From NCBI GenBank assembly GCA_025603075.1, contig MU626309.1:52968-116967 (forward strand): a stretch of DNA of 64,000 bases, read 5' to 3'. This document shows positions 51,171 through 63,329 of the stretch, one piece after another. This DNA comes from Neoconidiobolus thromboides FSU 785 (Eukaryota; Fungi; Entomophthoromycota). The notes under the pieces are model-generated. The model saw only the letters and a list, made by a program, of their open reading frames with translations. It had not been told where the DNA came from and ran no database searches. Each line of letters starts with the position of its first letter. Position 1 is the first letter of the stretch. The translations under genes were made by a program, and so were the position numbers.

Positions 51171-52645
51171 TTATTTTTCCTTTTTCTTCGCCCTCTCAAG
51201 CTTTAGATATCTCATATTACATGACTGAGGTGTCCTTGTACCCAATTCAAGTGATATTTTGGCCCAATTTTTACTATGCTTAACAACTAATTCTTCCAAC
51301 TTAACGATCTCTTCGGTATCCCAATTTCCAATCTTTAAGTTTGGAAGGTGAATCTCATACCACTTTTTTTGACATGCATAAGGTGTTCTAGTAACAAGTA
51401 TCTGAGAAATAATTGGCCATTTCTTTTTATATCTTTTAGCATATTCGATTAATAAATCAACTTCCTTTTGCTCCCATTGCCCATAATTAAACTCTGGATT
51501 GATTTGAAGCCATCTAGTATAACAATTTATTGGTGAACGTTTATGATCCTCTAAATCTTTAGAAACTTTAATCCAATTCCTCAACCCATGCTTATTTATC
51601 GAATTAAGAAGCAAATCATCTTCTTTTTGAGTCCAGTTGTTTATATTCTTTTTATCTTTCATTATGTATCGATACCTAGAAATTAGCTGGAGATAAGTTT
51701 TAGCTGAGCCAAGCTCCTTTGCCAAAAAACTCCAATTGCCAGTACCATGCTTCTCAACTAATTCAATTAGTTTTTCGGTCTCTTTTTCTGTCCATCTCTT
51801 TTTCTTGGATAAATCAGTACCATGTTTTAAATATAAGTAGTTAGTTTTGCATTGAAGTACAGACCTAGTTTTGACATGTTCGGCCACCTTTTGCCATCCA
51901 TTTCCATATAACTCTATACCTTTAAATAGTCTATCAATCTCTTCTTTTGACCAGAGCCCTTTATTTGATACTAATCGTTCATGGTGGTTTTTTAATAAAT
52001 AGGGCCTTTTGTGCGGGAAATCAAATTCTGATACCAATACAAAGTCACCATATTTTTTATAACTGGCTAAAAGTTTAGCATCATCCTCTGCTGTCCAAGA
52101 TTCATAACCAAATTCTAGATTTTTATACTCCTTCTTCTTGGGTTCTTTAAATTCCCCTTTCACAGCTAAATATTAGCGATGAAAAATAAATAATATATAA
52201 TCTTACTTTCGCGCTCATATTTTCGTATATGGTAAAGAACCGTTCTGTAATTCAGCCCAGGGATAGCATCCCCTATTTCTTTATAAGATATCCCTTTTTT
52301 GTTTTTTAAATCAACAATAAATTTCCACAACTCTTCGTAAGTAAAATTTTTTATATCAATCTTCTCCAGATTAAATTTTGGGACATCTGTTCCGTCTACG
52401 CCTCCTTTTGCATCTATTTTGCTTATATCTATCTCGCTTATTCCTTCTTCATTTTTCTCTATTTCATTTCTACTTTCTTTTCCACTAATCGTTTTTATGT
52501 CTGGTAATATTGTATGTGTATGAAATTCACTAACTTTATTTAATTTCAACGATGTATAGCATATTGAAATAACATTTTTTGAACTGTAATTCGAAATGCT
52601 TCCATTGAAAAACGACCTATTAATTATTTTCCTATAAAAATTCAT
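51171..52645 (-). CDS. Multi-repeat Myb/SANT protein (~477 aa) with a mitochondrial-presequence-like N-terminus
   Basis: Six W-T-x-EE-D...W...R-T...C..RW/Y repeats. A 41-nt intron (52166-52206) joins the two ORFs in frame. Confidence 0.85.
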
Positions 52646-53126
52646 TTTTCATAAATCATATATACTGTTTAACTATTTGAGGTTATCATTAACTATTTAC
52701 TTTATTTCTTATAATTATCTTACTTTCTACTTAATTATTTTGAAAGAATAAATTATAAAAATAACAGTTTTATTTAAAGGACTTTTTAAAAACGAATCGC
52801 TTTTTTTGGAAATAAAGTGCCGGCCCAAAATAGTCAACTCATAAAAGTTTCTTTGTAAAATGATTTAAAAACTATTTAACATCAATTTAAAAAATTGGAT
52901 CAAAAATACCTATGGGATTGTCTTATACAATCATTAACGAAAGACTATACTATATTACTTTTTATTTTTACTTTTAATTTTTTGATTTTTAATATATAAA
53001 TATTTTATTTTATTTAATTCAAAAAAAAACTGTTAATTTAAAAGTTTTATTTATAATTATGCTAAATAAAAAATTGAAGATATTAATAAAAAATGTTTTC
53101 GCTGTAGTTTAATCAGCTATATATAT

Positions 53127-53224
53127 GGGGATGTATTTATGTGTTTAAGAGTTTTACTAATAATTTTTCCACTCAAATAGCGCTTAAAAGATGGAAAAGT
53201 AATGAAGCCAAAAAAAACACCCCC
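53127..53224 (-). mobile_element. MITE copy close to consensus
   Basis: AT-GGGGATGT...ACACCCCC-AT. Confidence 0.88.
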
Positions 53225-54769
53225 ATATCCCAAATTGAAACTATACTAACAATTGCAAAACAGAATTTTAAACTATAACTTTTATATTAAATTTTTAATA
53301 TAAAGTTTCTAAAAAAAATATTATTACAAATATAAATATAAATATAAATATAAATATAAATATCTTATTTTGATATAATTACTAATCATTACTAAATAGT
53401 AATTTTTGTATATAGTTTAATATAAAAATTACCTTAATCATTTCATATAAAGCACTATAAAACTTAATAACTTTATTAAAGGTATAATATCAGAAAAAAA
53501 ATCCAATTAAAAAGATTTAAGCTATTATGTTAAAAACTTTATTTTATATTTTAATTAAGTGGCTGTATATATGGAACACAACAACAGTTATAATTTGTTA
53601 TTGCAATTGCTAAATATAGATATCAAAATAAGAAAACAATGTTTTTTACAATTAGGTGGTAGAAATTCTTATAGCGGATTGAAACGAGGAACTCTGAATT
53701 GGCTGTACCACATAAATCACGGTCAAGTTGATTACAAATCTGTAATTAGTTTTGTAAACAAATTAGATGACTACTATGCTATAATTAATCTGAGAGCTGG
53801 AAAGTGATGTCACAAAAGTAGAATATTTATAAATAATTTTATAAAACTATTATCATACTAATCATATCAAAAGATGTCTAATATAAGAAATATTGTCGTT
53901 ATTAATATATTCATAAAAAGTACTATTTTAGATAATGATGCTTTATACATGTTTTTCAAGCTATTAAGCTGATTCAAGATATTGATGCAACTATTTATTT
54001 TTGTTACTTAGAAAGTTATAAAAATTTAAAATGTATTTAGTTAATTCACTTTTCGAATTAATTATAAAGCATATTTTAAAACAATAGTATAAAACCATCT
54101 ACTAATTTATTAAAAGCTTTTAAAGTATTTTGATAAATTAAAATAAACTTTTTAGGATAATTGAAATGCATATTTTTTAGTTTTCTGGATTTGTTTTTAT
54201 TTAACAGCAGCTAAAAATTAACTTTATTATCAAAAAATATTTAGCATTTTATAAATAATCTATTGTATTGTTTATTTTTAATTATAAATATTGTTTTTAA
54301 TGATTTATTACTATTTTGTTCATTTTTTTAATGATTATTAATAAAAAAGCTTATAGGACATTAAATAATATAATTCAGCTTAAATAAAATAGTTTTTAAG
54401 TTTGATTTTTAATTTTATTTGAAATTGCTAATAAGTTTCAATAGTAATAGATAAAAATGTTAATTAATTTTCCATTTATAATAACTATAAAATATTATTT
54501 TACCAGCTTTATAATTAACTCTAATTTATATAATAAATTTAATTAATTTTAAATAGTTTTACTACTAAAAGTTATTATATTTTTAAATTTAAGTATAATT
54601 AATTTGAGGTGTTTTATTTAAATTTGATATAAGGATTTCTATGACTTGATTATAAAGATGTTATTTTTATACTTTGATGTCTGTATTTAGCAACTATAAT
54701 AAAAAATAACTACTATTATATTATACGTATAAATACTAAGTTGAAATATAATTTTTTTAAATATAATAG

Positions 54770-55001
54770 TGAAATTCTTAAACGAAAAAATACATCCCCA
54801 TGTTAAGAAATAATTAATAAAAAACTTTAAGCTAACAATTTTTCCACTCAAATAGCGCTTAAAAAATGAAAAAGTAGTGGAATCAAAAAAATATCACCAT
54901 ATGGGGATGTATGTTTGTGTCTAAAAATTTTACTAACAAATTTTCCGCTTAAATAGCGCTTAAAAAATGGAAAAAATAATGAAGTCAAAAAAAAACACTC
55001 C
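54770..55001 (-). mobile_element. MITE cluster: solo right end (54770-54799), partial copy (54830-54898), full copy (54903-55001)
   Basis: Junction ...ATCACC-ATAT-GGGGATG; the full copy ends ACACTCCC-AT. Confidence 0.8.
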
Positions 55002-55192
55002 CATGTGGTACATTTTAATAAAACTGCTAAGTTTTATAATATTTTATAAGTTTTGTAGTAACATTATTTATTTTTTATAATTTATAGATTGTTATATGCT
55101 ATTTTTATTGATTTAAGTTTATTTTATTTATGTAAATTAAGATTTTTTGATTTACATTCAGTTAATTAAATAAAAACTGCTCTTAACTCCAA

Positions 55193-55337
55193 TTATTTAA
55201 TTTGAATTAATACTTAGGAGTGTATTTTTTTCGACTTCATTACTTTTTCTATTTTTCCACTTAAATAGCGCTTAAAAATGGAAAAAGTAATGAAGTTGAA
55301 AAAAATACACTCCTAAGTATTAATTCAAATTAAATAA
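55193..55337. repeat. Near-perfect 64-bp-arm palindrome derived from a MITE plus its flank
   Basis: Arms 55193-55256 and 55274-55337 are reverse complements with 2 mismatches; 17-bp spacer. Confidence 0.92.
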
Positions 55338-55608
55338 ATTTTAAATATTTGCAAAATAAAAAACGAAACCATTATCTTTTATAAGAAATAATTCAAAAAT
55401 TTAATTATGCAATAGCTACTAAAAGAAATATATAATTATTGTTATTATAAAAGTATTTTTAGTTATGAGTATTAGATATAAGATTTGATATTTAATGAAA
55501 ACAAATAAATAAATAAATAAATAATGTTAGTAGTAAATTGTATAAAAAGCCATTAAAAAATAATATAACTAAAAGATAATAAAATTATTAAATAAAATAT
55601 TATAACAT

Positions 55609-55705
55609 GGGGATATTTTTTTGACTTGATTACTTTTTCCATCTTTAAGCGCTGTTTGAGTGGAAATTTTTTTAGTAAAATTCTTAAATACAAAAACACA
55701 TCCCC
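55609..55705 (+). mobile_element. MITE copy
   Basis: AT-GGGGATA...ACATCCCC-AT. Confidence 0.85.
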
Positions 55706-56645
55706 ATATAGTTAATTCTTTATATTTTTTATATTCTATAACTTAGTAAATCAACTTATTTAGTATTACTTAATGTTAATTAGTGTTTATCAATTTATTA
55801 ATATCAATAAGTCTATTTTATATTTTTTAATTTTATAGACTATAAATATTTATTTTAAAAAGTATTATAATAAAAACGATATTTCTAAATAAAAGTTTTA
55901 AAAACATATTAGTAAAATATAACAAAGTCAATTAAAAACACTATAATAAAAACAAATATAAATATGCCATTTTCTTTATTTTATATTATAAAACATAATT
56001 TTAATTATTAATGTTAATTTTTATACTAAATTGACTGCATTTGTGATTAAGAAAAGCTACTATTTATTAAGAAAACTTATAGTAAAAGCTTATTTTCAAG
56101 TCATTATATAACATATAATGCTGTTTTTAAATTTGTTATATTAAGTTAACAAATATATTTGATATTAGCCTAAAGATAATTAAAAAGATCTATTATTTTA
56201 AAACTAAAGCATGGTTAAATCCATTTTTCACTTTTTGATTAAATTTATTTAGTTTAAATCAGTACTTTATTTCTAAAAAAGGAATTTATTTTTTAGAAAA
56301 GCTTTAAACTATTTTAATGTAAAATCAATCATACTAAGAGATTGAGCAAATGCTTTTTTAATCATTACTTCTAGTAAAATCCTTTAATATCATCACTTAA
56401 ATAAGAGCATTTGAGCTTAATATCAGTTTGACTTATAATATAAATTTCATTATACTAAAGTAAGGTTGGAGAGCCTAAATATATCAATTTTAATACTTAT
56501 TTCTACACCTATTTGTATCTTTTAGGTTTTCAAAATACAAAAATTCAATTTTAAAGCTTTATTGAGTTTTGCAATTTTCTATCATAGCTTTATTTTTCTA
56601 TAAATCAACAAATATTTTAAATTTTAAGGAACAAAATAAATAAAC

Positions 56646-58587
56646 ATGGATCAGTCTAGAAGAGGGAAACGTAACATAGAAGAGCTACAGACATTTCCAG
56701 ATAATGTCGCCTTGATTAATATGACATCTGAGTTGACTCATTTGTTAAAGAATTCTTCACAAACTACTCCTTTAGATTTTCCACAAAGCGAAGAACTTAA
56801 CAAGATTAGTGATTTATTAAGTGAGACAGAATACAAAGTCGATGTTTTTGATATAGCTTTAACTTCGCTTTTAAAAAACTATGATGATGTATTGATAAGA
56901 CTACAAAATAGAAGCTCTCATCAAAGATATAAGAATAATTCTTCACGTCAAGCTCAAAGTGCTACTAATTCACCTAATCTTGGTGCTACTGGCTCTACAA
57001 GTTCAAGATTCTCTTCATATACACCTGTGCATGCTAGCTCAAATTCTGCTATTCGTAAAGCTTCGCTTACTAAGATGCCTATAAAAAAAGGTAATATTAT
57101 AATTATTTTATTTTATTTTATTTTATTGTTTACAACAGAAACCGTCGATGAAGCTATTGACAGTAGGTAAAACAATTAATATGCTTCACATAATTTTTTT
57201 TAAAATTAATTTAGAAAAGGATCAACACCTAATTTATATAATTCTGATAAAAGGCCAGTTAGTAAGTTTTTTTTCTTAATAACGATTCACAAATTAAACT
57301 TGAAAAGTAAATCGAAGGAGAACAGCAGAATCAATTAAAGCAAATCCTTTAACTAAGACGCCTGAAACTCCAACTAAAGAAAATGTTTTAGCTAAACCTG
57401 TAATCATTTTATTAAATATATAAAATAGTAATAATAATATCATATTAGACAAACAATAGATTAGCATCCTTAAAAGACGAATCTTTTGAATCACCTTCAC
57501 CTTCTCTGGCTTCTCCTGTTCACACAAATACAATGTCATATGATCCAAATCATAGATCAAGTCTTTTAATTGCCTCAGAATCGGAACCAACCTATGCTCA
57601 TAATGCTACAGCATTTCAGGATTTTAGGCCAAAAATGGTAGTCAATAAGGATTTTAGCAAAGCTAAAGGAACATTTTCAGTACCAATCCAAACCTTTTTA
57701 AACTATGCCGAAGGCTATTTAAGACCTTTGACTGAAGGAGATTTAAAAATACTTGAACCAAAAGAAGTCGATCCTTCTCTTTATGAAATCCCAGAAAATG
57801 GTAAAAATTATAAAGAAGTATGGGAAGAGGAAGACAGAGATGCCAAGGCCTCTTCAAATGGTAAAGAGCCCGAATTTACCCCTGCGCCTGATCAACCTTA
57901 CTTTGATGATCCTTCTTTTTTTACACATAGACTGTACTCAGCCCTTTTACCTGTTGTGGGAGACCGAGATGATGCATCTTCAGAAGCTGGAAGTGAAAAC
58001 AGTGAAGAAATGAGTCCATCGGAAACTCATCAGGTAATATTAGAAAACAAACCAAATCCAACGATATTTGAAGATAGGTTAAAAGAAGAGCTTTGTCCAA
58101 TCGGATTATTAGACGCAGAAGCTAAACCAGAACCTGAATATGATGAAATAACGTTAGAGCTGATAAAACTACAGACTCAACTTAGGGATTTAAACAAATA
58201 TAATAATGCCAAAAAAATGAAATTGAAAAAAATTGCAGAAGAACATTTGGCTTATCAAGAGTATACCAAAGCAATGGATACCTTGGATTCAAAACTGGAA
58301 CAAAGCTATGCAAAAAGACAGGTAAACTTCAATTTTTCGAATTGCTTTTTATTAATCTTTATCAGAGTGCAAATAAAAATCGTCGTAAGAAAAATAGTAC
58401 ACAACCAAAAGGATTACCAGAAGGAGCATCTCAAACCTTAGAGTTAAGAAACCGAGTCATAAGGAATATTGGTTGTTTTTTTGATCCTGAAAGACTTCTC
58501 CTTCCAACTAGTTCTATTTTTAAATCAATTCCTAGACCTGAGTCGTTAACTAATGACCTCTTTGAGGTTGAGGAAGTGTCTGAATAG
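56646..58587 (+). CDS. NGG1: SAGA/ADA subunit Ada3/Ngg1 (multi-exon)
   Basis: DFSKAK..VPIQTFLNYAEGYLRPLTEGDL..L...IPENGKNY.EVW, FTHRLYSALL, FEDRLKEEL..IGLL and DEITLELIKLQ..L match Ada3 domain blocks. Confidence 0.85.
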
Positions 58588-59257
58588 TTATAAATTATTT
58601 TAGTTGTTTGTTTTATTTCTGTTGTTTCTTATTTGCAAATTTCTTATACTCTTCATTTAACTTTATCTAGGAATTAAAAATATCGATATTCATACATGAT
58701 GATTATTATAACATGATTTGTATTAGGCTTTGAAGCTTAGTTATTTAAGTAAATCTGTTTTACTATTACTATAATTGACTATCAATTTAGTGTATTTTTT
58801 TTGAGTTCATGTATTCTTTTTTAATGAAATATTAGCTACTTCATTTAACTTTAAACTATATCAATTAAAATGATTAAATGTGATAAAAATCAATCAAATA
58901 GTAACATTAGAAATAGCAGATTATTATATAGCTTGAATGAAATATTAAAATGATACTACATATACAAACACTCTTTTAAAAGGTCTTTTATTCAATATAT
59001 CAGCTTAGTTGTATTTTAGCAACTATGGTTCATATGGTCTGACTAATATTGCGGCTATAATTTTGTCCCGATATTTAAAACCATATCTATTGTTTATAAA
59101 ATAAGCACCCTGTCTAATATAAATATATTAAATAAAGATATTAATGAATCAAAAGATAGTCCAATTTATAATAATCTAAATATTACTCTATTCTTTTACT
59201 TTTAAAATTTATTTCTAATTTTAAATACTCACTCTATTCATAAATTATATCTAAGAG

Positions 59258-59329
59258 TCCTCATTGGTCCAGTGGTTAGGATCCCACGCTCTCACCGTGG
59301 TGGCCAGGGTTCGATTCCCTGATGGGGAG
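59258..59329 (+). tRNA. tRNA-Glu (anticodon CTC)
   Basis: Cloverleaf with acceptor TCCTCAT/ATGGGGA, anticodon arm CCACG-CTCTCAC-CGTGG and T-arm CAGGG-TTCGATT-CCCTG, followed by TTTTT. Confidence 0.95.
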
Positions 59330-59664
59330 GATTATTTTTATCCTTTTCTCTGAGCAGTTGTTCAGATTGTAACTTTTAATTATATTAAATTAAATAGTTA
59401 AGTAAGAACGTGTGACGTAACTGTACTTTTTTATTCATAAAATATTACATTTTTAGATGGTATTAAGCTATTTGTATTGCCCATAAGTGATTTTTATTAA
59501 CTAATCATTTCAAACATAGATATTGGTATATTTGTTAAATAAATTTGTATTAATAGTTTAATAATCAACAGTTCGAAAGTTGTTTTGTAAATAAATTTAT
59601 ATAAATACATGAAAAAATACATTTTAATTTAATAATATAAATAAGGTTAATATGACTATAGTAT

Positions 59665-61513
59665 TTATAACTTAATGAAAGTTTTAAAATAGCTTAAAAC
59701 TTTCTCCACAGATGCATTCGATTGATTAAAAGAAATATAACCATCAGGGCGTACGATAAAAAAGGTAGGGATCCCACTCGAAAAGCCAAAATCCCTAATA
59801 CCCCATTTCTCAATATCTAAATAAGTATTATTTTTTTCAAAGCTTTGTTGAACTATCTGTAAGTCGGTTTGATCTAAGCCTTGAATTTCCTTCTCAATAT
59901 AGTAGCCCCATTGCTTAATGTTAAACATTTGTTGATCAAGTATGAAGCTTAATTGGAATAAGCCACCATTCATTTTAGATTGTAATTTATTCATTTCTTC
60001 GTCATGCTTTAATTCTTTGATAAACTTTACTAATTTGTTGAAGGATTTAAAGTTTAACCAAGATTCTGGGATATGAACAAAGATTTCAAACTTATCTCTG
60101 CCATTTAAAATCTTGTGAATGGAGGTTGAGTTGCTATTAATGTCAATTATTAAGTTATCAGGGACTCTTAACCCAACTCCTGGAATTTTAGAGTTGCTAA
60201 TCCAACCCCGAGAATATTTTTTAGTTAATTCATTCTCATTATACTCGATTCCAATTTCTGAAAGGGTATCTACTGCTTGATTCTGTACAAACTGAAACGA
60301 TAAAAAGAAAGGTACCAATGTCTTTTTCAAGTAGGATACTAGCATATTTGATTCACTAAATAAATTTCTAATTGCAGCCCCTGAGTTTTTAATTACCATA
60401 TCTGCTACTGAACTTCTCTCTTCATTGAAGGTATTAAACAACTCTCTTTCTTTCCCTACCCCTTTAAGAACCAGAGATAGTTTCCATGCTAAATTATAGG
60501 AATCCTGGATTCCAGTATTCATACCTTGACCACCAGCTGGGGAGTGAGTATGGGCAGCATCGCCACATAAAAATACATTATTCTTAAAATGAGTCTCAGA
60601 GGTACATTCGTTAATTTTGAATGTATTTTTCCATAGTATTTGATCAATTTCTAGCTTTGTACTCCCAGCTAATTTCTTTACTAATTTAATAAATTCTTCG
60701 TTAGTAATCTCATCTTTGTCTTCTTCTTTTTTCAAAATAAAACGACCATAATCTTTTTTCACCCAGATTAATCCCATCATATCTTTTTCATCTGTCAAAG
60801 CTCTAGTTTATCATTAGAATACTATGTTTATTATCAAAATAAAAAACTTACAATGCAAAAGGTTCTTGTGTAAAGTCTGTGTTTACCATCGCATCAATGC
60901 AAGTTAACTGGATGTTGACACTTTCTCCGGTAAATTTTATGTTTGCTATTTTTCTTACGACTGATCTGGCTCCATCACATCCAATGACGTACTTGAACTT
61001 AATTCTTTCCTTTTTACTATCTTTCAAATGCTTAACAATTGCACTTTCAAACACTTTTTTCTCATCATTCCACTCCAATTGCTCCAATTCTACACCATTA
61101 TGAACCTCATGACCAACTTCAATGACCTTTTCAGCTAAAATACGTTCGGTTTCACTTTGAATTAATCCAACAACGGTGGGATGAGGGGAGTGGCTTAAAG
61201 GTAACTTAAGTTCAAAAATTTTCTCTCCATTCTTATAAATATGAGAATAAAAAGGCCCACTTTTACCTTCTTTTTTGATTGTATCAATAACCTCCAGTTG
61301 ATCAAAGATCTCTTGCGTTCTTGAATGAATCGCAAAAGCCCTAGAATATGGATAGATTTCCGTCTTCTTCTCAATAATTTTAAAGCTAATATTATCTCTA
61401 GCTAGTAAATTCGCCATTACTAAACCTACTGGTCCTGCTCCAGCTATAAGCACATCTACCTCGCTTTCAAGGTCCACTTTATTATTATTGTTTATTTGGT
61501 TTTGTTCACTCAT
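59665..61513 (-). CDS. FAD-dependent aromatic monooxygenase (FAD_binding_3, PheA/TfdB-like), 2 exons
   Basis: GAGPVG, GCDGARS, GDAAH...GGQGMNTGIQD and C-terminal IVRPDGYI; intron 60803-60851. Confidence 0.92.
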
Positions 61514-61606
61514 TTGATTTTTTTACACTGCGAGGATTCAACTTTTACTCCTTATATAGTTTTCTCACCTTTTCATAAAACAGATTTTGACTTTTTTTGC
61601 TAAGTT

Positions 61607-61643
61607 GTGTCGGTTTATTTTGATTAGGAATGTAAACCGACAC
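61607..61643. promoter_or_regulatory. 11-bp perfect inverted repeat with CGG/CCG cores in the monooxygenase promoter
   Basis: GTGTCGGTTTA-N15-TAAACCGACAC, ~95-130 bp upstream of the ATG; GTCGGTTTATTT recurs at 61822. Confidence 0.45.
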
Positions 61644-63329
61644 GTAATAAAGTTCATGATTCAGCTTAAAATTTTAGCCTATATTCACCGAAAAATTTTG
61701 ACATAATTTTGTTTATAATTTTCCGCAGTTAAGTAATAGTTTTGCTGTTATAATTTTTCATCTTATATCTTATATTAATGAAGTTTCATTTTATTTCCGT
61801 ATTTTTTATTTAATAACTATAGTCGGTTTATTTATGGTTTTCGTCAATTGATATATTATCGGTATTCTTTTTTGTATTTTATTTAAGAAATCAAAGCAAG
61901 TTACTCTGTTTATGAAATCAATTGTTAAAAATAGTTTAAATACTTATTTAAGATCCTACAAATCTAAACAAACCAAGCCTTCTAATGGATGAGCAATACA
62001 AAAAGCTAGCATATATTATCAATCATATAGCTGAACTTTATTTAATATACAGGATTTTAAATTAGCTAGTTATCAGCCATGTTTTCCAGAAATTCATTTT
62101 GAATTTGTTTTTTTAGGTAACTTTTAATCCTTGAAAGTTAAAAGGGTATTTTTGTTCAGATTAACTTAGTAAATAGCCCTTTTAACTCTTAGCGTTCTGC
62201 TTTATGCAACTCTTTTTCTTCTCCTTCCCCAATCTTAACCATTAGAAGCTTTGAAAATAAAATACTCTAGAATTTTGGTTTTTTTCGTGATTTATAAAGA
62301 AAACATGAAAGTAGAGAAATATTTTTGGTATTGTGTCTTTAATAATATTAAATACCATCACTAAAAGCACGAAATGTATAAAAAAACCTTTTGAATGTTG
62401 AATAATGTCATATTATTGAAAGTTGAAATTATTCATTAATGCTAACGTCTATTTAAAAAATAACTACACAATAATGTACTAATTCGTTAGTAGCTATAAA
62501 TCTTATCTAATTTATTACTAAATTTTAATAAAGACAACAAAATTGATAATAGATAGCCCCATAAATAATGCTTCGAACATAGTTTAAAATAACGATAAAG
62601 GTACATTATTTTCATATGTAGCGATTAAAACTGTTTATGTACTAAAAACGTCTGCCTTTTGACCTTTTTAAATATAAAATGTTATCTCAAGTTGAAAGAT
62701 TATTCCTATTAGCATCAGAGCTAATAGAAGGAGCTAATAAAGGAATCATAAAAATTCAAAAACTACACCAAATACTTTAGTCTAACTTTCAATTTAAAAG
62801 TATATTAAACTTTAGAAATAAATTTGACATATCTGAAAAATTATGTTATTACTAAAGTAGCATAAAATTAAAAATTGTAGCTTTAAACATTACAATTTAT
62901 ATATTATTATAAAGTAAAAAATAGGATATTTTTAAAGATTTGAAGTTAAATTGAGTTTATTAAAAAACTACTAAAAAAAGTAACCGAAATTCATTAAAGT
63001 GTGCCCAACCTAAGAAATGTGCTATTAAATTTTTAAAAATCCGTTACAACAGTAAAATCATTTACCCCTATCAACACATGTTTCTAAGTAAATGTAATAC
63101 TAAGAGAGAACAAATCCATCATATCATTGTAAAAAATAGTCCTTTTTATGATGTATATATCTTCCTTTTAATTAATGACCCCACCTTTACCATATTATAA
63201 ATATGAATATATGAATATATGAGAACACTTTATTGGTCATATAAAAAGAAATAATAATACAGTTTAGAATTTTTAAAAAATCAGTTAATTAGATCTTTAT
63301 ACTTTAAAACAACAGTACTATAACATAAT

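Noticed and set aside
671-55705. Recurrent ~100-bp repeat read as a CRISPR array or bacterial REP
   Set aside because: Copies are dispersed in both orientations with TIRs and no regular spacers, and the sequence is an intron-containing eukaryote.
814-58013. Many short ORFs in the provided track (e.g. 814-1056, 8439-8627, 13682-14977 alternate frames, 22567-22761, 23160-23378, 47413-48588 antisense)
   Set aside because: They are antisense or alternate-frame shadows of real genes, or read through MITE copies, and carry no recognisable motifs.
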